Translations under genes and position numbers: made by a program | Shown here: piece by piece, positions 12,030-26,188 of the stretch | Position numbering within the stretch: position 1 is the stretch's first letter | Layout of the letters: every line of letters begins with the position of its first letter | The notes under the pieces: generated by a model | What the model was told of the DNA's origin: nothing | Seen by the model: only the letters and a program-made list of their open reading frames with translations | The model's database searches: none | NCBI GenBank assembly: GCA_964187785.1 | Contig: OZ076418.1 | Span: 58,528,001-58,592,000, forward strand | Direction: 5' to 3' | DNA length: 64,000 bases | Origin: Amphiscolops sp. MND2022 | Taxonomy: Eukaryota

Positions 12030-13050
12030 GCAATTGACTTTATGTATGCTTATGCACATGCTCCTCTAGATGACGAAACCATTTCTCTAACCATATTCTT
12101 CTCTGGAGATGAACTCTATGATTTTATTCGAGGATTCTACGGACCTAAAGGACTCTCAATTTATTTACCAAATAAATGTATACATTTTTCAAAAACTCAT
12201 TGATTGAGGCTTTGCCCTTGTTTATATTGACAATATTTTCTTTCTTGCTCACACCAAAACTCATATGTTAGACTTAATTGAACAATTACACCAGATCTGT
12301 AGCTCTAACAATCCTAAAGTGTTTCCTGAAAATTCCTCACTGTCAAATTTCTTGGACATCAAATTGGCAATACCAATATAAAACCAATTTCATCCGAAAT
12401 ACTTGGTTTAAAAAAACTTCCACCTCTAAAACTGAACTAATGATATGTATTGTTTCAATGAACTTTTACTCCAACTTTGTAAACAATCTCCTCATCTCTC
12501 TCAAAAGTTTTTACACTCTTTTCAATAATATTTCGTTTGAATGGACTGCAGAATTAGACAAACTCTTTATTGAAACTATAACATCCCTCTCAAAAGATGC
12601 TGAACTTGCAATTCCTAATACCACTCACCCTTTTTATATTACTCTTGACGCCTCCATAATTGGTCTAGATGCATTATAATTTCTACCCAAAAGCGACAAC
12701 AAAATACAAGTTATATCTTATAACTCTCGAATTTTGGCAACTCAAGACAAAAACTCTCTACCATTGGTTGAGAACTTTGCGCTATAACCTTCGCTCTTTC
12801 ACAATATGAATTTTTTATCATTGTATCCAAATTTCTAATGACGGTTTTTACAGATCATAGTCCTATCATTTTCCTCTTCACTCATAACAGCAATCTAACT
12901 CCAAGACAAGCTGAAACGCTATTATAAAAATTGTCCTCCAAGTTATTCATACCGCTGGTACAAATCTAACTGCTGCTGATATGCTCAGTCAAGATTTTTC
13001 CCAAATCACAAACAAACTGTGTCAATTACACAACACAAAACCATTCCTCC
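12030..13050 (+). pseudogene. pol: Degenerate RT and RNase H (family A, separate fragment)
   Basis: YAYAHAPLDDET...IRGFYG...LLYIDNIF; LAIPNTTHPFYITLDASIIGL; TDH motif; frameshifted. Confidence 0.8.
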
Positions 13051-13859
13051 TTGTAATGAATTTTTTCATCTCAAACCCAAAACAAATCAACTACCTTGTT
13101 AAACATGAAGATGTCTTACCAACTCGAAAAACGATTCCCACCCAATCCTAGTTAATTATGGTGATGTTCAATTCACACTCCGTATTTTAGACAACGGTAA
13201 CACTGTTACTAACACTCCTCTAGATTCTCATTTAAAACTGTCTCATCCCTTTTAAATGAATGTAAGAAACCCTTGAAGAAAAAAGTTGAAACAATACTCC
13301 AAGAAAACCCTATTATAAATGAAACTGATATATATGAGGATGATGATCCTGTTACTGAACGGACTCCCCACCAAAACTCACAGCAACCTCAATCATCTCA
13401 TATGATCCACTCTCTCCTAGCTTAAATTCAACACCACCGTGTTGACGATTCTCATCTCTCTCAAGGTATTCTAACCAATATCGAAAACTCTCTATTTTTA
13501 AAACCCAAAGTACTCCGCTCCATCTACTGAAATCTCTCATTCTAATGCTATTATCCAAACTACCATTAAATCTTCATCCACAAGTTCACTGCCATTCTTT
13601 GACCCCTCCGTCTTTACTCATTGTAAAGCTTTTGAAATTTCCTTTCTTTCCTCTGATACCTTTTTATCCATACCCATTCTTCTTCAAGCTCAAAAGGATG
13701 ATCTTGTCCTCTCTACTGGTTAAAACAAAAACAAAAACAAAAACCCCTTTTAACTCCAGTTAATGAAGCTAACTCTTTCCTCTATACCTACTAAAAACAA
13801 TTTCAACATTTATATTCTGATCCTAACTCACACCTCATCCAATATTATACCCCAAACTC

Positions 13860-14600
13860 TCAACTTTTCGAAGAAGGCTTCATCAGAACTCAACCGTCTG
13901 TTAATCAAACACTTATCTGTTTACCATTTAAATTCTTTTGTGCTCCTCTTGGCAAAACTTGCTCACATGGTCACTCCGGTGAAAAACTCGCCATTAAAAC
14001 TTTTAACCACTTTTACTGTAATCCTCGCCCGCCTTTATAGTTCTCTATTTTCATTCATGATTGTATTCAATGCCAAACAAACAAACATTTTTCTCTTCAT
14101 ATCTAATAACATCTCTCTCCCACTCCCATTTTTTGAAAATGCAACTCATTTTAACTATAGAATGTCTATGCATTCCAATCCTTAAAGGACCCATTCCTTC
14201 GTCTCAAGGGAATTTCTATTTTTTGTAATAATTGATGCTTTCAGTCATTTTGTTGTTACCAACCCTGCCCCTCAAGTATCCTCCAAACATGCTATCTAAA
14301 CATTGCTCCATCAATGGATTACTAAATTTGGTCCCCTCAATATCGCGTCACTGACCGAGGTACTGAATATATTAATCAAGCTATTACTCACGTTTGCTCT
14401 GTCTTTAGCATTAATCATTCGCCACGAACCCCATACTCCCCTTTGACAAATGGCTTAGTCGAAGTCCAAAATCGAAATCTTGGAACTCACTGCCGTCTAT
14501 TTATACAAAACGCTCCAAATGTCATCCAAACTCATTCCAAATTGAAATGTATGCTCATGCTTATAATACCACTGCTCTACCTCAACTTAAACTTCTCCCA
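13860..14600 (+). pseudogene. pol: Degenerate integrase (family A)
   Basis: AHGHSGEK, DCIQC, IDAFSHFV, TDRGTEY, TNGLVEVQNRNLG; inverted homolog at 62.9-64.0 kb. Confidence 0.85.
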
Positions 14601-14899
14601 TACCAAGTTGTTTTTCATTCTCCTCCTCGTATTCCGTTAACTTTTCTTTCTAATTAACCACGCAAATCCTCCAAATCTAGTACTGCAACATTTTGCAATT
14701 CATTTCCTCCTATTACACATTATATGCATTATATGTTGAAGCAGAACAATAAATTTTATGGTAAAAAGGGAACAATATTTTAACAGGTGAGGTTTAGATT
14801 TATTATTAGGATCAAATGCTTGTAATTGTGTAGTTGAATTATCTGTAACAGTGGCGTTTCAGTTTAAAGTATCAGTTAAAGCATTCATTTCAAGTGAAA

Positions 14900-15510
14900 G
14901 TTCTTGTCTTTGTTCTTTTTTTTAAAAGTGTAAAATCAACCACATTAACAAGGGAGTGAAAGGAAATAGAGGGTTCACGTGGACTTGAAAGATGTTTGAC
15001 TATGTTTGACGTTTGTTGGCGAAATCTGTTAAGTTTTTCGGGAGACCATGATGAAAATTTTCCTTACATTTAAGAATAATGGTATATGGATATTCATTAT
15101 ACCTTCCTTGTTTGCCAAGAAATTCAACGCGTAAGACATAATGCCTAACATACTCATTATCCTTTATGGAGAGAGAGAGAGAGCTTCAGGTTGAGCATGG
15201 TATGCAAGTTTTTGAGAGAAAAATTGTATATGAAAATTTGAGAAAGGAAAACCAATCTTTCTATAGACTTGAGGGAGGCGTCATAACAACTTGAGGCAGT
15301 TCCTGTGTAGAAACAGTGAAGAAGGGACATGCGTCTTGAGTGCCAAGTTAAATATGATTGAATATCAAGAGGTTGAGGTTCAAGTTAAAATGTTACACGT
15401 GCAGTGAAATGATCTAAGAACTTTTCCGGTGGATACTTGTGATCCAAGCCATCAACTAGATTTATGGGATCAAAGAGAGCAGCAAAAGGAACAGAAGAAG
15501 TCTTCGGGAA
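14900..15510 (-). pseudogene. gag: Degenerate family A Gag, reverse orientation
   Basis: Reverse complement: FDPINLVDGLDHKYPPEKFLDHFTARVTF...WHSRRMSLL...GTASS...KDNEYVRHYVLRVE...GLPKNLTDFAN. Confidence 0.8.
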
Positions 15511-17352
15511 AATTGCGGAGGAGGTTGAAGAGAAAGAGGATTGAAATGATAGGTAGGATTGGGTGGCGGAGGAGGGTTAGGAGGCAAAGTAGGAGGTTGA
15601 AAAGAGGGGGGAGGATCTTTATTGAAACCGGGTTGGAGTGATGCGTGTTGGTCATAAGATGTAGAGGAAGTATTTTGAGGTATGGAAAAGGATGATGGAG
15701 AGTTACGATTAGCAGAAAGAATTGATGGTAAATATGTTTGAGATGAATGAGATTGAGGTTGAGTAGCACTTACATTAGAAAATGAAAAAGGATTTTGAGG
15801 GAGATGTTGCTGAATTTGAGAAAGAGAGGGTTGAGTAGTAATAGTATTTAACGGAGGAGATTTAGAAGGAGTGATATTTTGAAGTGGTGAGTGAGAGGAT
15901 GAGGGTTGGGTAGTTATAGGCTTATTTTAAGAAGGCGGTGGAGGAGGATCAAGATTTTGAGGAAGGCTACCAGTATTGTGAGTCTTCACTGAAACATTAG
16001 AAGCAGAATGGATTTTTTGAAGACAAACATCAGAGGTTGTATCAAAAGAAGGATTTTGAGCAGTACGGGTGGCGTATGGTAAGAAAGCAGGAGGGAGTTC
16101 AAGACTTTATCAGAACTACAATTATCATGGGTGAGTTAGGTAAAATGAGATGCTGGAAATTTACGAAGGTTGTAGAAAAAAGATGGCGACTGTCAGAGGT
16201 AGCTAGAAAAGGTAAGAGTTCACATTCAGAGAATTGAGAAAGAAATTTAACACAAGTGTCTTGGCATTTAGAATCCCAAATATGTTGATATTTGTGTCAA
16301 AAAAAATTTCAAAAAAAGAGTGAGTAGATTCGAATTTGTTCTTTAGTTTCTGTATTTAGGGTGAAGTTTTGGAAAAATTTATACTGAAAGTGATGGATTT
16401 GAAGAATGACGGTAGTCAGCCAATGGTGGTGGTCATTTTCAATACTGCGAAGTTGTTCAAAATTGGGAAGGTCAAAAAGGGTTTCCTTTTGAAGGAGTGC
16501 TTGTATAGCAGTGGGAGTGAAAGCATGCTGAAGAAAAAAAACTATTTTTTGGAGAGGTTTTTGAGGAATGTTATTGAAAACATGAGTGATAGCAAAGTAA
16601 ATATTGGCGGGGTAGATGTTTTTACGAAAGTTTTAATTAAAGTTAAGAGGGCAAAGTTCCGTCAGGATTTTCGACCACAGAATTCGTGTCAATGTAATCA
16701 AGATATTAGCCGTGATATTCACGGATAAGAGGTATAGTGTAAATATCTTCAGGGTATATTTTAAGACAAAGGAGAATTCGAGGAGTCAGGGTGAATAAAA
16801 GATTCAGTGGGGAGTTGGTGAAAATATTGGTGGAGTTTGAGAAAGATATGGTGTGTGTGAGAAAAGAGTGAAATAATGTTTTTGAGAGAAGGATGAAAAA
16901 AATGATTATTTGTTGCGAAAGAAATGTGAAAGGGTTTGAGATTAGGGGGGGATATAGATAAAGGAGGGATATAGATAAATGAAAGGAGAGAGGGTGAAAA
17001 TTGGAGGTGTGGGTAAAAAAAATGAGGAGTTCAAGTTACAAAAAGTTAGAGTTTATGGAAAGGTGGAATTGGGGAAAGGTGTTTGTGATTGGCGGAAACG
17101 AGAGGTGATTATCATTTCAACGGGGGTCATAAAAAACAAGCTTGGCAAAGTTTTTTCAAACAAAACGATATTCGGTGAGAAACATTAGTTAGGAGGTGAA
17201 AAAGGTTTATCGTGGAATGAAATCAACCAAAATATTGTCGACAACGAGAAAGACGATCGCAAGTAGGCCAAAAAGTACAATAAAATCAATAAAATACAAA
17301 CGGAATTATTCAGAGAAGGCATTAAAATTATACAAAAGATGAGAAAAAGAGC

Positions 17353-17809
17353 TGTACCAACAGAATTGTGGAACCAAGAGAAATTAGGTTAGTACAGAAA
17401 AGAGTGCCTCGACAATAGTCCAATCGAAGAAGGTTAGTACTTATAGTTTACTGAGGAGAGTCGAACCAACTTGATTGATACAGAAACCAGCAGAAATCAG
17501 GTGTACCAGCACGAAACTGAATCATTTTTTTGTGATTAGTACAGAAGTTCAAGATGTACTAGCACGAAGTCGAATCACTTTTTTGTATTTAGAACACATG
17601 TTTGAGATGTACCGACTGCGATGTCGAACCACTTTAAAAGATGGTCCGTACAGCACAAACTTCATGTTGTACTGACACGTAACTGAATCACTATGTTGTG
17701 ATTGATACAGAAAGTTGTAAAACAAGGGGAAGGAAAGGAAGGAGATGTCCCGGTCGCACCAGTACTTAAGTTAAAGTACTTGTTTTTTTTTTGTTTAGAA
17801 GTTGTTACA
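17353..17809 (-). repeat. Family A LTR (457 bp) of the reverse-oriented element at ~14.75-17.8 kb
   Basis: Minus strand reads TGTAACAACTT...TGGTGCGACC...GTTGGTACA; same length as 60139-60595. Confidence 0.7.
17460..17710. repeat. Degenerate ~55-bp tandem array x ~5 inside the LTR
   Basis: Units start GTCGAACCA/ACTGAATCA and contain TGATTAGTACAGAA and GATGTACTAGCACGAA variants. Confidence 0.7.
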
Positions 17810-20544
17810 TGGTTTCCGATTTGAAGAGAAGGAAGGCGAAAGTACTTTAGGAAGACGCTAACGGAGCAGCAGTACTTAGGTCTTCAAAAACTGTGACAAA
17901 TTGATGGTGAGGACTTTATTTGAGCTGTGAACGATTATAAATCAGATAAGTGCTTAACCGTATAAACTATGGTATTGGATATAAATTAGATACATTAAAA
18001 TTCAAGATACAAAAAAAGACTGGACATTCATATAAGTGGTGGGGGATGGTGATTAAATTTGAGTATAGGTTAATCACTTTATTTGCTCAAACAAATCCAG
18101 AGCACGAAAACGTTCGACGTTACGTTTAGCCTACAGAACTCTAATTAAATTTACAAAAACATGAACCCTGTAATTTGTCTCCATGATGAGATATAGAAGC
18201 TCAAGTAGAAAAAAAAACAGAACGTTTTTTTTTTTAAATCAACTTTTTCGCCAGAAAAAAAGGCGTCATAGTTGTTGACGGAAACTTTGTTGGTCCAAGA
18301 AGTGGCGTACATCCGTGCTGTTTTTCTCTAAAGAGAATGGTTTTGAATCTTCTATCAGTATTGAGAAATATGAGCTACATATTTGAACACAAGTTCGACG
18401 ATATAGATTGCTTGATCAAGTTACGAAACCATAGACTCTGTATTTGGTCTCGGTTCTGAGATATGAGGAATCGAATATGGGAAATAGTTAAAAAGAGGTT
18501 TTTTCAAAATTTTCTAAAAAAAACTTATGAAACCGAATTTTTTCCGAATTTTTTTTCGACGAAGATGTAGCCTAGGATACTGCGCAACTTTTCGCGACAA
18601 CATGGTATCTATATCTATTCTTTGCTCTGAGAAATTTGCCTAACAAGTTTGAAAAGTTGACAGATGTCACAAAATCTGCGAAAAAACGTCACCATATATG
18701 CACCTTGCAAAACTCGAGCCTCAAAAAGCGAAAAGATTTTCAAAAATTAGTGTACACAGTTTTGAAGCGATATTCTTGGATACTGTCTAGCCTTGTAACT
18801 TGCGTTCTTGTTGCCTTTCAGAAAAAAAACAAGGAAGTTGAGCAAATTGTACTGATTCTGGATTTATTGGACTTGGGTGAGGCTGAGAAGAAAAAACTTA
18901 TAAAGTCACAAGGTGATCATCGTAAGATCCAGCCATTTTTCTGCGAAAGGCGCTAACTATATGAACACACTCATCAAAACAATGGTACACCTTTGTGCAC
19001 AAAACAAACTTTTTCCATGAGGTTGGTTTTATTCCATCCAATATTTAAACATCATAGACTGTTACCAGTGTACTGCTTAAAACTTATGTAATGTTTTTTT
19101 TGAGTTTTTCAAGTTATACATGAGAAGTTTCTAAGTCTTTAGCGAAACCGTTTCTTAGCTAGATTATCTTTCTGTACAAATGTATGTCAGACTGAGTCAG
19201 ACTGAGATCTCAGATTCTAGTATTTCTCTCTTAGATGAGAAGTCGTCTTGAATACAAATTCGACTTACTCTTCTGATGAGTTAGTTACAATTACTTCTGA
19301 GATTACAAGAGATTATATCGCATTCAGAGATTTACAGATAGATTACTTCTATGATGAAACCATTATCTAATGTCAAATCTAACAATGAAGTATTAACCTT
19401 GAACGAGATGACATCTGTCAAGTTATTAGGTCAAGAGGTTCGATATATTTCATGATTATGAAAATACTTGAGGACATGCATCATGACATCACAATCAACC
19501 GGAAATTTCAAATGAAAAAAAGTATCTGCACTTTTTGGAGTAGTGTGTCTCACAAGATTCTGGTTCAATTGAGTTTAGGTTCCTTTGTTCTAAAGAGCAT
19601 GTATCATACTTAAGGATTGAGAACAACCTAGGACGGTTTAACTTCTTATGTTTTTATACGTTTCACTTTGGTGCAACATTGTTGAGGTCAGAAGTTTTCG
19701 ACTGACAGTTTTGTTCAAGGTATTGTTTGACAACTTTTATTTTTCCTGAGTTTTGAGGCATGAAAGCATGTGAGTATATTATCTTTTCGTCGGTGTTGAA
19801 AACTAAAGAGGTTTTCTTCAAATGAGCAATCGTGAATGAAAACGTTTCGAGTTAAAGAAAATTGACAGAATTGTTAATGAGTTAGGAAACAACTTTTGCG
19901 GGCAGTGAACAAAAATTGAAGAAGTCAGTGAAAGCCAAAGTTCGTTTTTATTTTCAGCGAAAGTGAAGAGCAAGCAAGAGTCAGCGTTGAGAAAGTGTTT
20001 CAAACTTGGAGTGAAAAAATCTTAAGTAGTGTTGGGACAATACTAATTTATCAAAGTTTGGAAGTGGCTTTCAGAGCTTTTGTTTTGAGATGTACTGAAA
20101 ATTTGAAAAATTGTTTGCACCAAGAATGTAATAGGTGTACTAAAGATAAAATTTTGTGAATGTACCATACGTTGATAGTAAGATACACATTTTATACTTG
20201 GTTATTATTTTAAGATTACACTATAATAAAGTTTTAATAGTTAAGATAAGAGAATACAAGTTTGTTATTGAAGCTCTACATACGATTTCAAGAAAAATAT
20301 TTGAATATAGCACTTGAATACACTGTTAGGATTAGAATAACACTAATAGGATTATACAAGTATATTGGGTTATTAAATGAAGATGCTATGTTATTGACCG
20401 TGCATTATAAATGAAGCATAAATGGAGCATCATGATTATAGAAAAAGAAATTTGAAACAGTTTTTGAAGAGTGAAGTGTGGGTTATTGGCAAGGAGTGGT
20501 GACGAAACGATAACATCATTAGAGTTTTTGTGGAATAGTTGTGA

Positions 20545-20712
20545 CCCGTTGAAGACCAGAAGTGAAGAAGACCAGAAGAGGTGAAGACCAGAAGTGAAAT
20601 TGAAGACCAGAAAAGGTGAAGACCAGAAGTTAAGAAGACCAGAAAAGGTGAAGAACAGAAGTGAAGTTGAAGACCAGAAGCGTTGATGACCAGAAGTGAA
20701 GAAAACCAGAAT
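20545..20712. repeat. GAAGACCAGAAG minisatellite, ~10 units
   Basis: Direct reading. Confidence 0.9.
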
Positions 20713-20895
20713 TGAAGGAATGCTGCTGTAAAAACAACGGAAGCGGTAACGCGAGCCAGGCAGTAAAATGAGGCATTTGTGGAGGTTTGAAGGAGTTTAG
20801 TGAATTGTATGTCGACTTGCAGCATGATGAATACATACATCACGAAGGGGGCAAGACGAGAAGACACGAGTCAGTTAACTGACATTATGATTTTT

Positions 20896-21300
20896 TCATC
20901 CATATAGTGGACGTTGTTGCGGTACGTGGTAGTGATGTGTTGTAGGGTCAAAGGCTTCAAAATGTTGAGTGTAGCCGAAATCCTTCATTGTGGCATTGAA
21001 GGCATCAGAAGCTTCGGCGAGAGTGTGAAGGAAATAGTGGTCCATTGTAATAAAGGATGTGTTTTTGACAAAGTGCCTCAGAAGCGGTTCCGCAGATTGC
21101 GATCTTGGGACCGTCGAAATGAAAGCGGGGATATTGCTCAAAGTTTATATTCTTCTTTTTTTTTCATTTTGCAAACCTTATTTTGAACTTTGAGAAAAGA
21201 ACCTTTGGTAGAATTAGTAACATTGCCATGATTGATTTCAATGGCGAGTTTAAACACAAGCGTTTGAGAAATAGCGGCTTCAGGACTATTTTCATTTGTG
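20896..21300 (-). pseudogene. Family A accessory ORF (homolog of 470-866)
   Basis: SFLKVQNKVCK..NINFEQYPRFHFDGPKIAI...MDHYFLHTLAEASDAFNATMKDFGYTQHFEAFDPTTHHYHVPQQRPLYG*. Confidence 0.7.
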
Positions 21301-22340
21301 TTGAGGCAATTTTCAGTTTAGATGCCAGAAGATCCATGACGAGCGAATGGAAGATTGGAAGCAAGCGGAATGTCTTGACAAAAGAAGGTTGAATATGTCG
21401 ATAACGGCGTTGAAGAAGAAGAAGAAGATAAAGTGGACTGCAAAGTAGATGCAGCGTGTGTGACAGTGAGTGTAAGCCAAGAAGGCAACAAAGAAGGAGA
21501 TGGAGATAGAGGAGTTTCTGAAACAAGGGAAGTTTGGATACAGCGAATCATTTTGGAACTGTTTATGGTGTACTACATGGTGATATGAGTTTGTGTTCTT
21601 TTGAAGTTCTATTTGTACTTTGAAGTATCATACAAAAGAAAAAGTTTGTGTTCTATGAAAGGTTCCAAAAACAAAAGGAACATTATATTGTAACTTCAGT
21701 AAAAAAAAACTTGAGTTAAGTAGAAAAACCATAAAGGACTGTAAAAATGTAAAACCGTTACCTGTAGAATGGGTACAAATAAAAAAGGTGCCAGAAAATC
21801 CAAGGAGTTTCAAATATTTATATTGCCTGTATGAAGTTGAGATTAGTTACTTAGAGGAAAGAAGATTGTTCAATGCTTCAAGAGTAGATTGAACAGCTTG
21901 TGAAGACTGATTAAAGAATTGAGAGTCTAGATTCAAAGATGGAAGGAGTCTTGAAGTTCATGTATAGTGATCGACGAGTCCAGTAAGAGTTGTGGGAGGT
22001 GTTTTATTGTGTCTTTTGTACGTGTCGAGTTTTTCAGTCATTCCTTCGAGTGACCGAAGGCTGAGCCTAACAGTCATTTTGTCAGTAGTAATTTGTGAAT
22101 TTCGAGAACGAGGTCTATGTCGTTCACTGTGGGTGGATTTGTGTTCTATATTTTGTTCAGATTTGACCATAAAAGATATGACTTTTGCAGAGATGAAGAA
22201 TAGTTCATTATTTTAGTACAATTGTTTGGACAGAGCGGTATAATACGATGTATCTTCGTCACCAAGAGGTCATCACATAGGATTTTTAATCACAGTGCGC
22301 AGTTTGACTATTGTTGTAGGTATGTTGCAAGGCAACACAG

Positions 22341-25300
22341 AATCATTGAAGTGTATCATAGATTCTTGAGGTATTATCAATGATCTAGACGTATCATTGT
22401 GTGGAAGGAGGCAAAAGTTCTGTAGTAGTGTTTTATAGGGTCAAAGTTCCTGAGATATCCAGTGATTTTAGAGTGGTCAAGCGATCATTATAGAGATTGG
22501 TCATAGTGAAACAAGAACTATTGTTGCAGTTGGCGAAATTGTCATTTTGCGCTTTTTATAATGACGAAATTTCATATACGTTTGATTATGAGTGATTTTT
22601 TGTGCAACAGAGAGGATTGTAGGATCATGTTCGTCCGTTTTCAAGTCTACGATTGACGAACGAAGGTAGTTAAGTTGTAAAGAGAAGATTTTGACACCTT
22701 TATAAAGCCAATATTGATAGGGTGACATCATTTTAGAACCAATAGATGCTTGATTCTTGTCATTCAGTTTAAAGGTATAGTCAGTAGGATGCATGTACAA
22801 CAAAGTAAAATGAGACCTAAAAATAAAACGATCATGAGAGAGAAGTGGTATCAAGTGATCATCTCGATTAGTCTAGAGTGAGGGTTTAGAAGGTGAAGGT
22901 GTTCCATGAGAATGTTCCGATTGTTCATAGATATGCATTTCTGGAGATATTTGTGAATTCGAGGACAATTTCGTTCGCTATTCAGATTCTTACATTCTTA
23001 AGAGGGTTGGTCAGAAGTTGCATTGGAAGAATCTTGTTCCATGGCTTCGAGAAAAAGAACCGGAGAATCATTAAATAGAGTTGAGTTGAGAGATCAGTAT
23101 TATTTGTTTGTTGTTCAAGTTGACTATGTAGGTTTTGCATTATAAGTTGCGCTTGAGTCATGATAAAGTTTTTTTGAGGAAAAATTGTACTTACGAGTAG
23201 ATTTATCTTGTGTTTTAGGAGGAGGAGCAAATACTCCTACAATACATTTTTTTGTCAAGTAAGTACATTTTTTTGTCAAGGCGGAAAGAATTTTTTGTCA
23301 GAGAAGTAGCAGCTGTATATCAAGGAGTAGAGAGTCAGAATGACCAGTTCTAAAATGATGGCAGAGTAAAGGAGTAATTTGATTTGGAAATGATTTTGAC
23401 AGGACTTTCATTTCCATCATTGACAGATTGTGAAATTAAAAGATAATCATTGGGATTTGAATTGACAGTAGATGAAGGCAATATAGAACTTTGTAATGGA
23501 GAAGTATTGACAGTTGTGATAACATTATTAGTTAGTTGATTGATTTGAAGTGTATCATGACACAAAATCATTGACGTGTATCATAGATTCTTGAGGTATT
23601 ATCAATGATCTAGACGTATCATTGTGTGGAAAGAGGCAATAGTTCTGTAGTAGTGTTTTATAGGGTCAAAGTTCCTGAGATATCCAGTGATTTTAGAGTG
23701 GTCAAACGATCATTATAGAGAGTGGTCATAGTGAAACAAGAACTATTATTGCAGTTGGCGAAATTGTCATTTTGCGCTTTTTATGTTGACGAAATTTCAT
23801 GTACGTTTGATTATGAGTGATTTTTTGTGCAACAGAGAGGGTTGTAGGATCATGTTCGTCCGTTTTCAATTCTACGATTGACAAGCGAAGGCAGTTAAAT
23901 TGTAAAGAGAAGATTTTGACACCATTTTAAAGCCAATATCGATAGGGTGACATCATTTTAGAACCAATAGAAGTGAAATAGTCTTGATTCTTGTCATTCA
24001 GTTTGAAGGTATAGCCAGTAGGATGCATGTACAACAAAGTAAAATGAGCCTTAAAAATAAAACGATCATGAGAGAGAAGTGGTATCAAGTGATCATCTCG
24101 ATTAGTCTAGAGTGAGGGTTTAGAAGGTAATATCGGTGGATTTTTTGGTGAAGAAAAAATGCTGGATCTTTCAATATTTCATATCGTTTTTTTGAAGGTG
24201 AAGGTGTTCCATGAGAATGTTCCGATTGTTCATAGTTATGCATTTCTTGAGATATTTGTAAATTCGAGGACAATTTCGTTCGGTATTCAGATTATTACGT
24301 TCTTAAGAGGGTTGGTCAGAAGTTGCATTGGAAGAATCTTGTTCCTTGGCTTCGAGAAAACGAACCGGAGAATCATGAAATAGAGTTGAGTTGAGAGATC
24401 AGTATTATTTGTTTGTTGTTCAAGTTGACTATAAAGGTTTTGCATATTAAGTTGCGCTTGAATCATGATAAGGTTTTTTGAGGAAAAATTGTACTTACGA
24501 GTAGATTTATCTTGTGTTTTAGGAGGAGGAGCAAGTACTCCTACAATACATTTTTTTGTCAAGTAAGTACAATTTTTTGTCAAGGCGGAAAGAATTTTTT
24601 GTCAGAGAAGTAGCAGCTGTATATCAAGGAGTAGAGAGTCAGAATGACCAGTTCTAAAATGATGGCAGAGTAAAGGAGTATTTTGATTTGGAAATGATTT
24701 TGACAGGACTTTCATTTCCATCATTGACAGTTTGTGAAATTAAAAGATAATCATTGGGATTTGAATTGACAGTAGATGAAGGCAATATAGAACCTTGTAA
24801 TGGAGAAGTATTGACAGTTGTGATAACATTATTAGTTAGTTGATTGATTTGAAGTGTATCATGACACAAAATCATTGAAGTGTATCATAGATTCTTGAGG
24901 TATTATCAATGATCTAGACGTATCATTGTGTGGAAAGAGGCAATAGTTCTGTAGTAGTGTTTTATAGGGTCAAAGTTCCTGAGATATCCAGTGATTTTAG
25001 AGTGGTCAAGCGATCATTATAGAGAGTGGTCATAGTGAAACAAGAACTATTATTGCAGTTGGCGAAGTTGTCATTTTGCGCTTTTTATGTTGACGAAATT
25101 TCATGTACGTTTGATTATGAGTGATTTTTTGTGCAACAGAGAGGATTGTAGGATCATGTTCGTCCGTTTTCAAGTCTACGATTGACGAGCGAAGGAAGTT
25201 AAATTGTAAAGAGACGATTTTGACACCATTTTAAAGCCAATATCGATAGGGTGACATCATTTTAGAACCAATAGAAGTGAAATAGTCTTGATTCTTGTCA

Positions 25301-26170
25301 TTCAGTTTGAAGGTATAGCCAGTAGGATGCATGTACAACAAAGTAAAATGAGACTTAAAAATAAAACGATCATGAGAGAGAAGTGGTATCAAGTGATCAT
25401 CTCGATTAGTCTAGAGTGAGGGTTTAGAAGGTAATATCGGTGGATTTGTTGGTGAAGAAAAAAATGCTGGATCTTTCAATATTTCATATCGTTTTTTTGA
25501 AGGTGAAGGTGTTCCATGAGAATGTTCCGATTGTTCATAGTTATGCATTTCTTGAGATATTTGTAAATTTGAGGACAATTTCGTTCGGTATTCAGATTAT
25601 TACGTTCTTAAGAGGGTTGGTCAGAAGTTGCATTGGAAGAATCTTGTTCCATGGCTTCGAGAAAACGAACCGGAGAATCATTAAATAGAGTTGAGTTGAG
25701 GGATCAGTATTATTTGTTTGTTGTTCAAGTTGACTATGTAGGTTTTGCATATTAAGTTGCGCTTGAATCATGATAAGGTTTTTTTGAGGAAAAATTGTAC
25801 TTACGAGTAGATTTATCTTGTGTTTTAGGAGGAGGAGGAGGAGGAGGAGCAAGTACTCCTACAATACATTTTTTTGTCAAGTAAGTACAATTTTTTGTCA
25901 AGGCGGAAAGAATTTTTTGTCAGAGAAGTAGCAGCTGTATATCAAGGAGTAGAGAGTCAGAATGACCAGTTCTAAAATGATGGCAGAGTGAAGGTGTAAT
26001 TTGATTTGGAAAAGATTCTGACAGGACTTTCATTTCCATCATTGACAGATTGTGAAATTAAAGATAATCATTGGGTTTTGAATTGACAGTAGATGAAGGC
26101 AATATAGAACCTTGTAATGAGAAGTATTGACAGTTGTGATAACATTATTTGTTAGTTGATTGATTTGAAG
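22341..26170. repeat. Tandem triplication, units of ~1225, 1303 and 1302 bp
   Basis: AATCATTGA.GTGTATCATAGATTCTTGAGG at 22341, 23566 and 24869. Confidence 0.92.
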
Positions 26171-26188
26171 AACTTTTTTGTTTTGGAA

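Noticed and set aside
15429-16728. Plus-strand K/R/G/E-rich ORFs
   Set aside because: Shadow frames antisense to the family A gag and leader.
17460-17710. CRISPR-like repeat/spacer array
   Set aside because: Whole units are degenerate copies with no unique spacers; eukaryotic LTR context; no cas genes.
18130-19060. Possible DNA-transposon remnant and 106-aa ORF
   Set aside because: No TIR, TSD, second copy or recognisable domain found.
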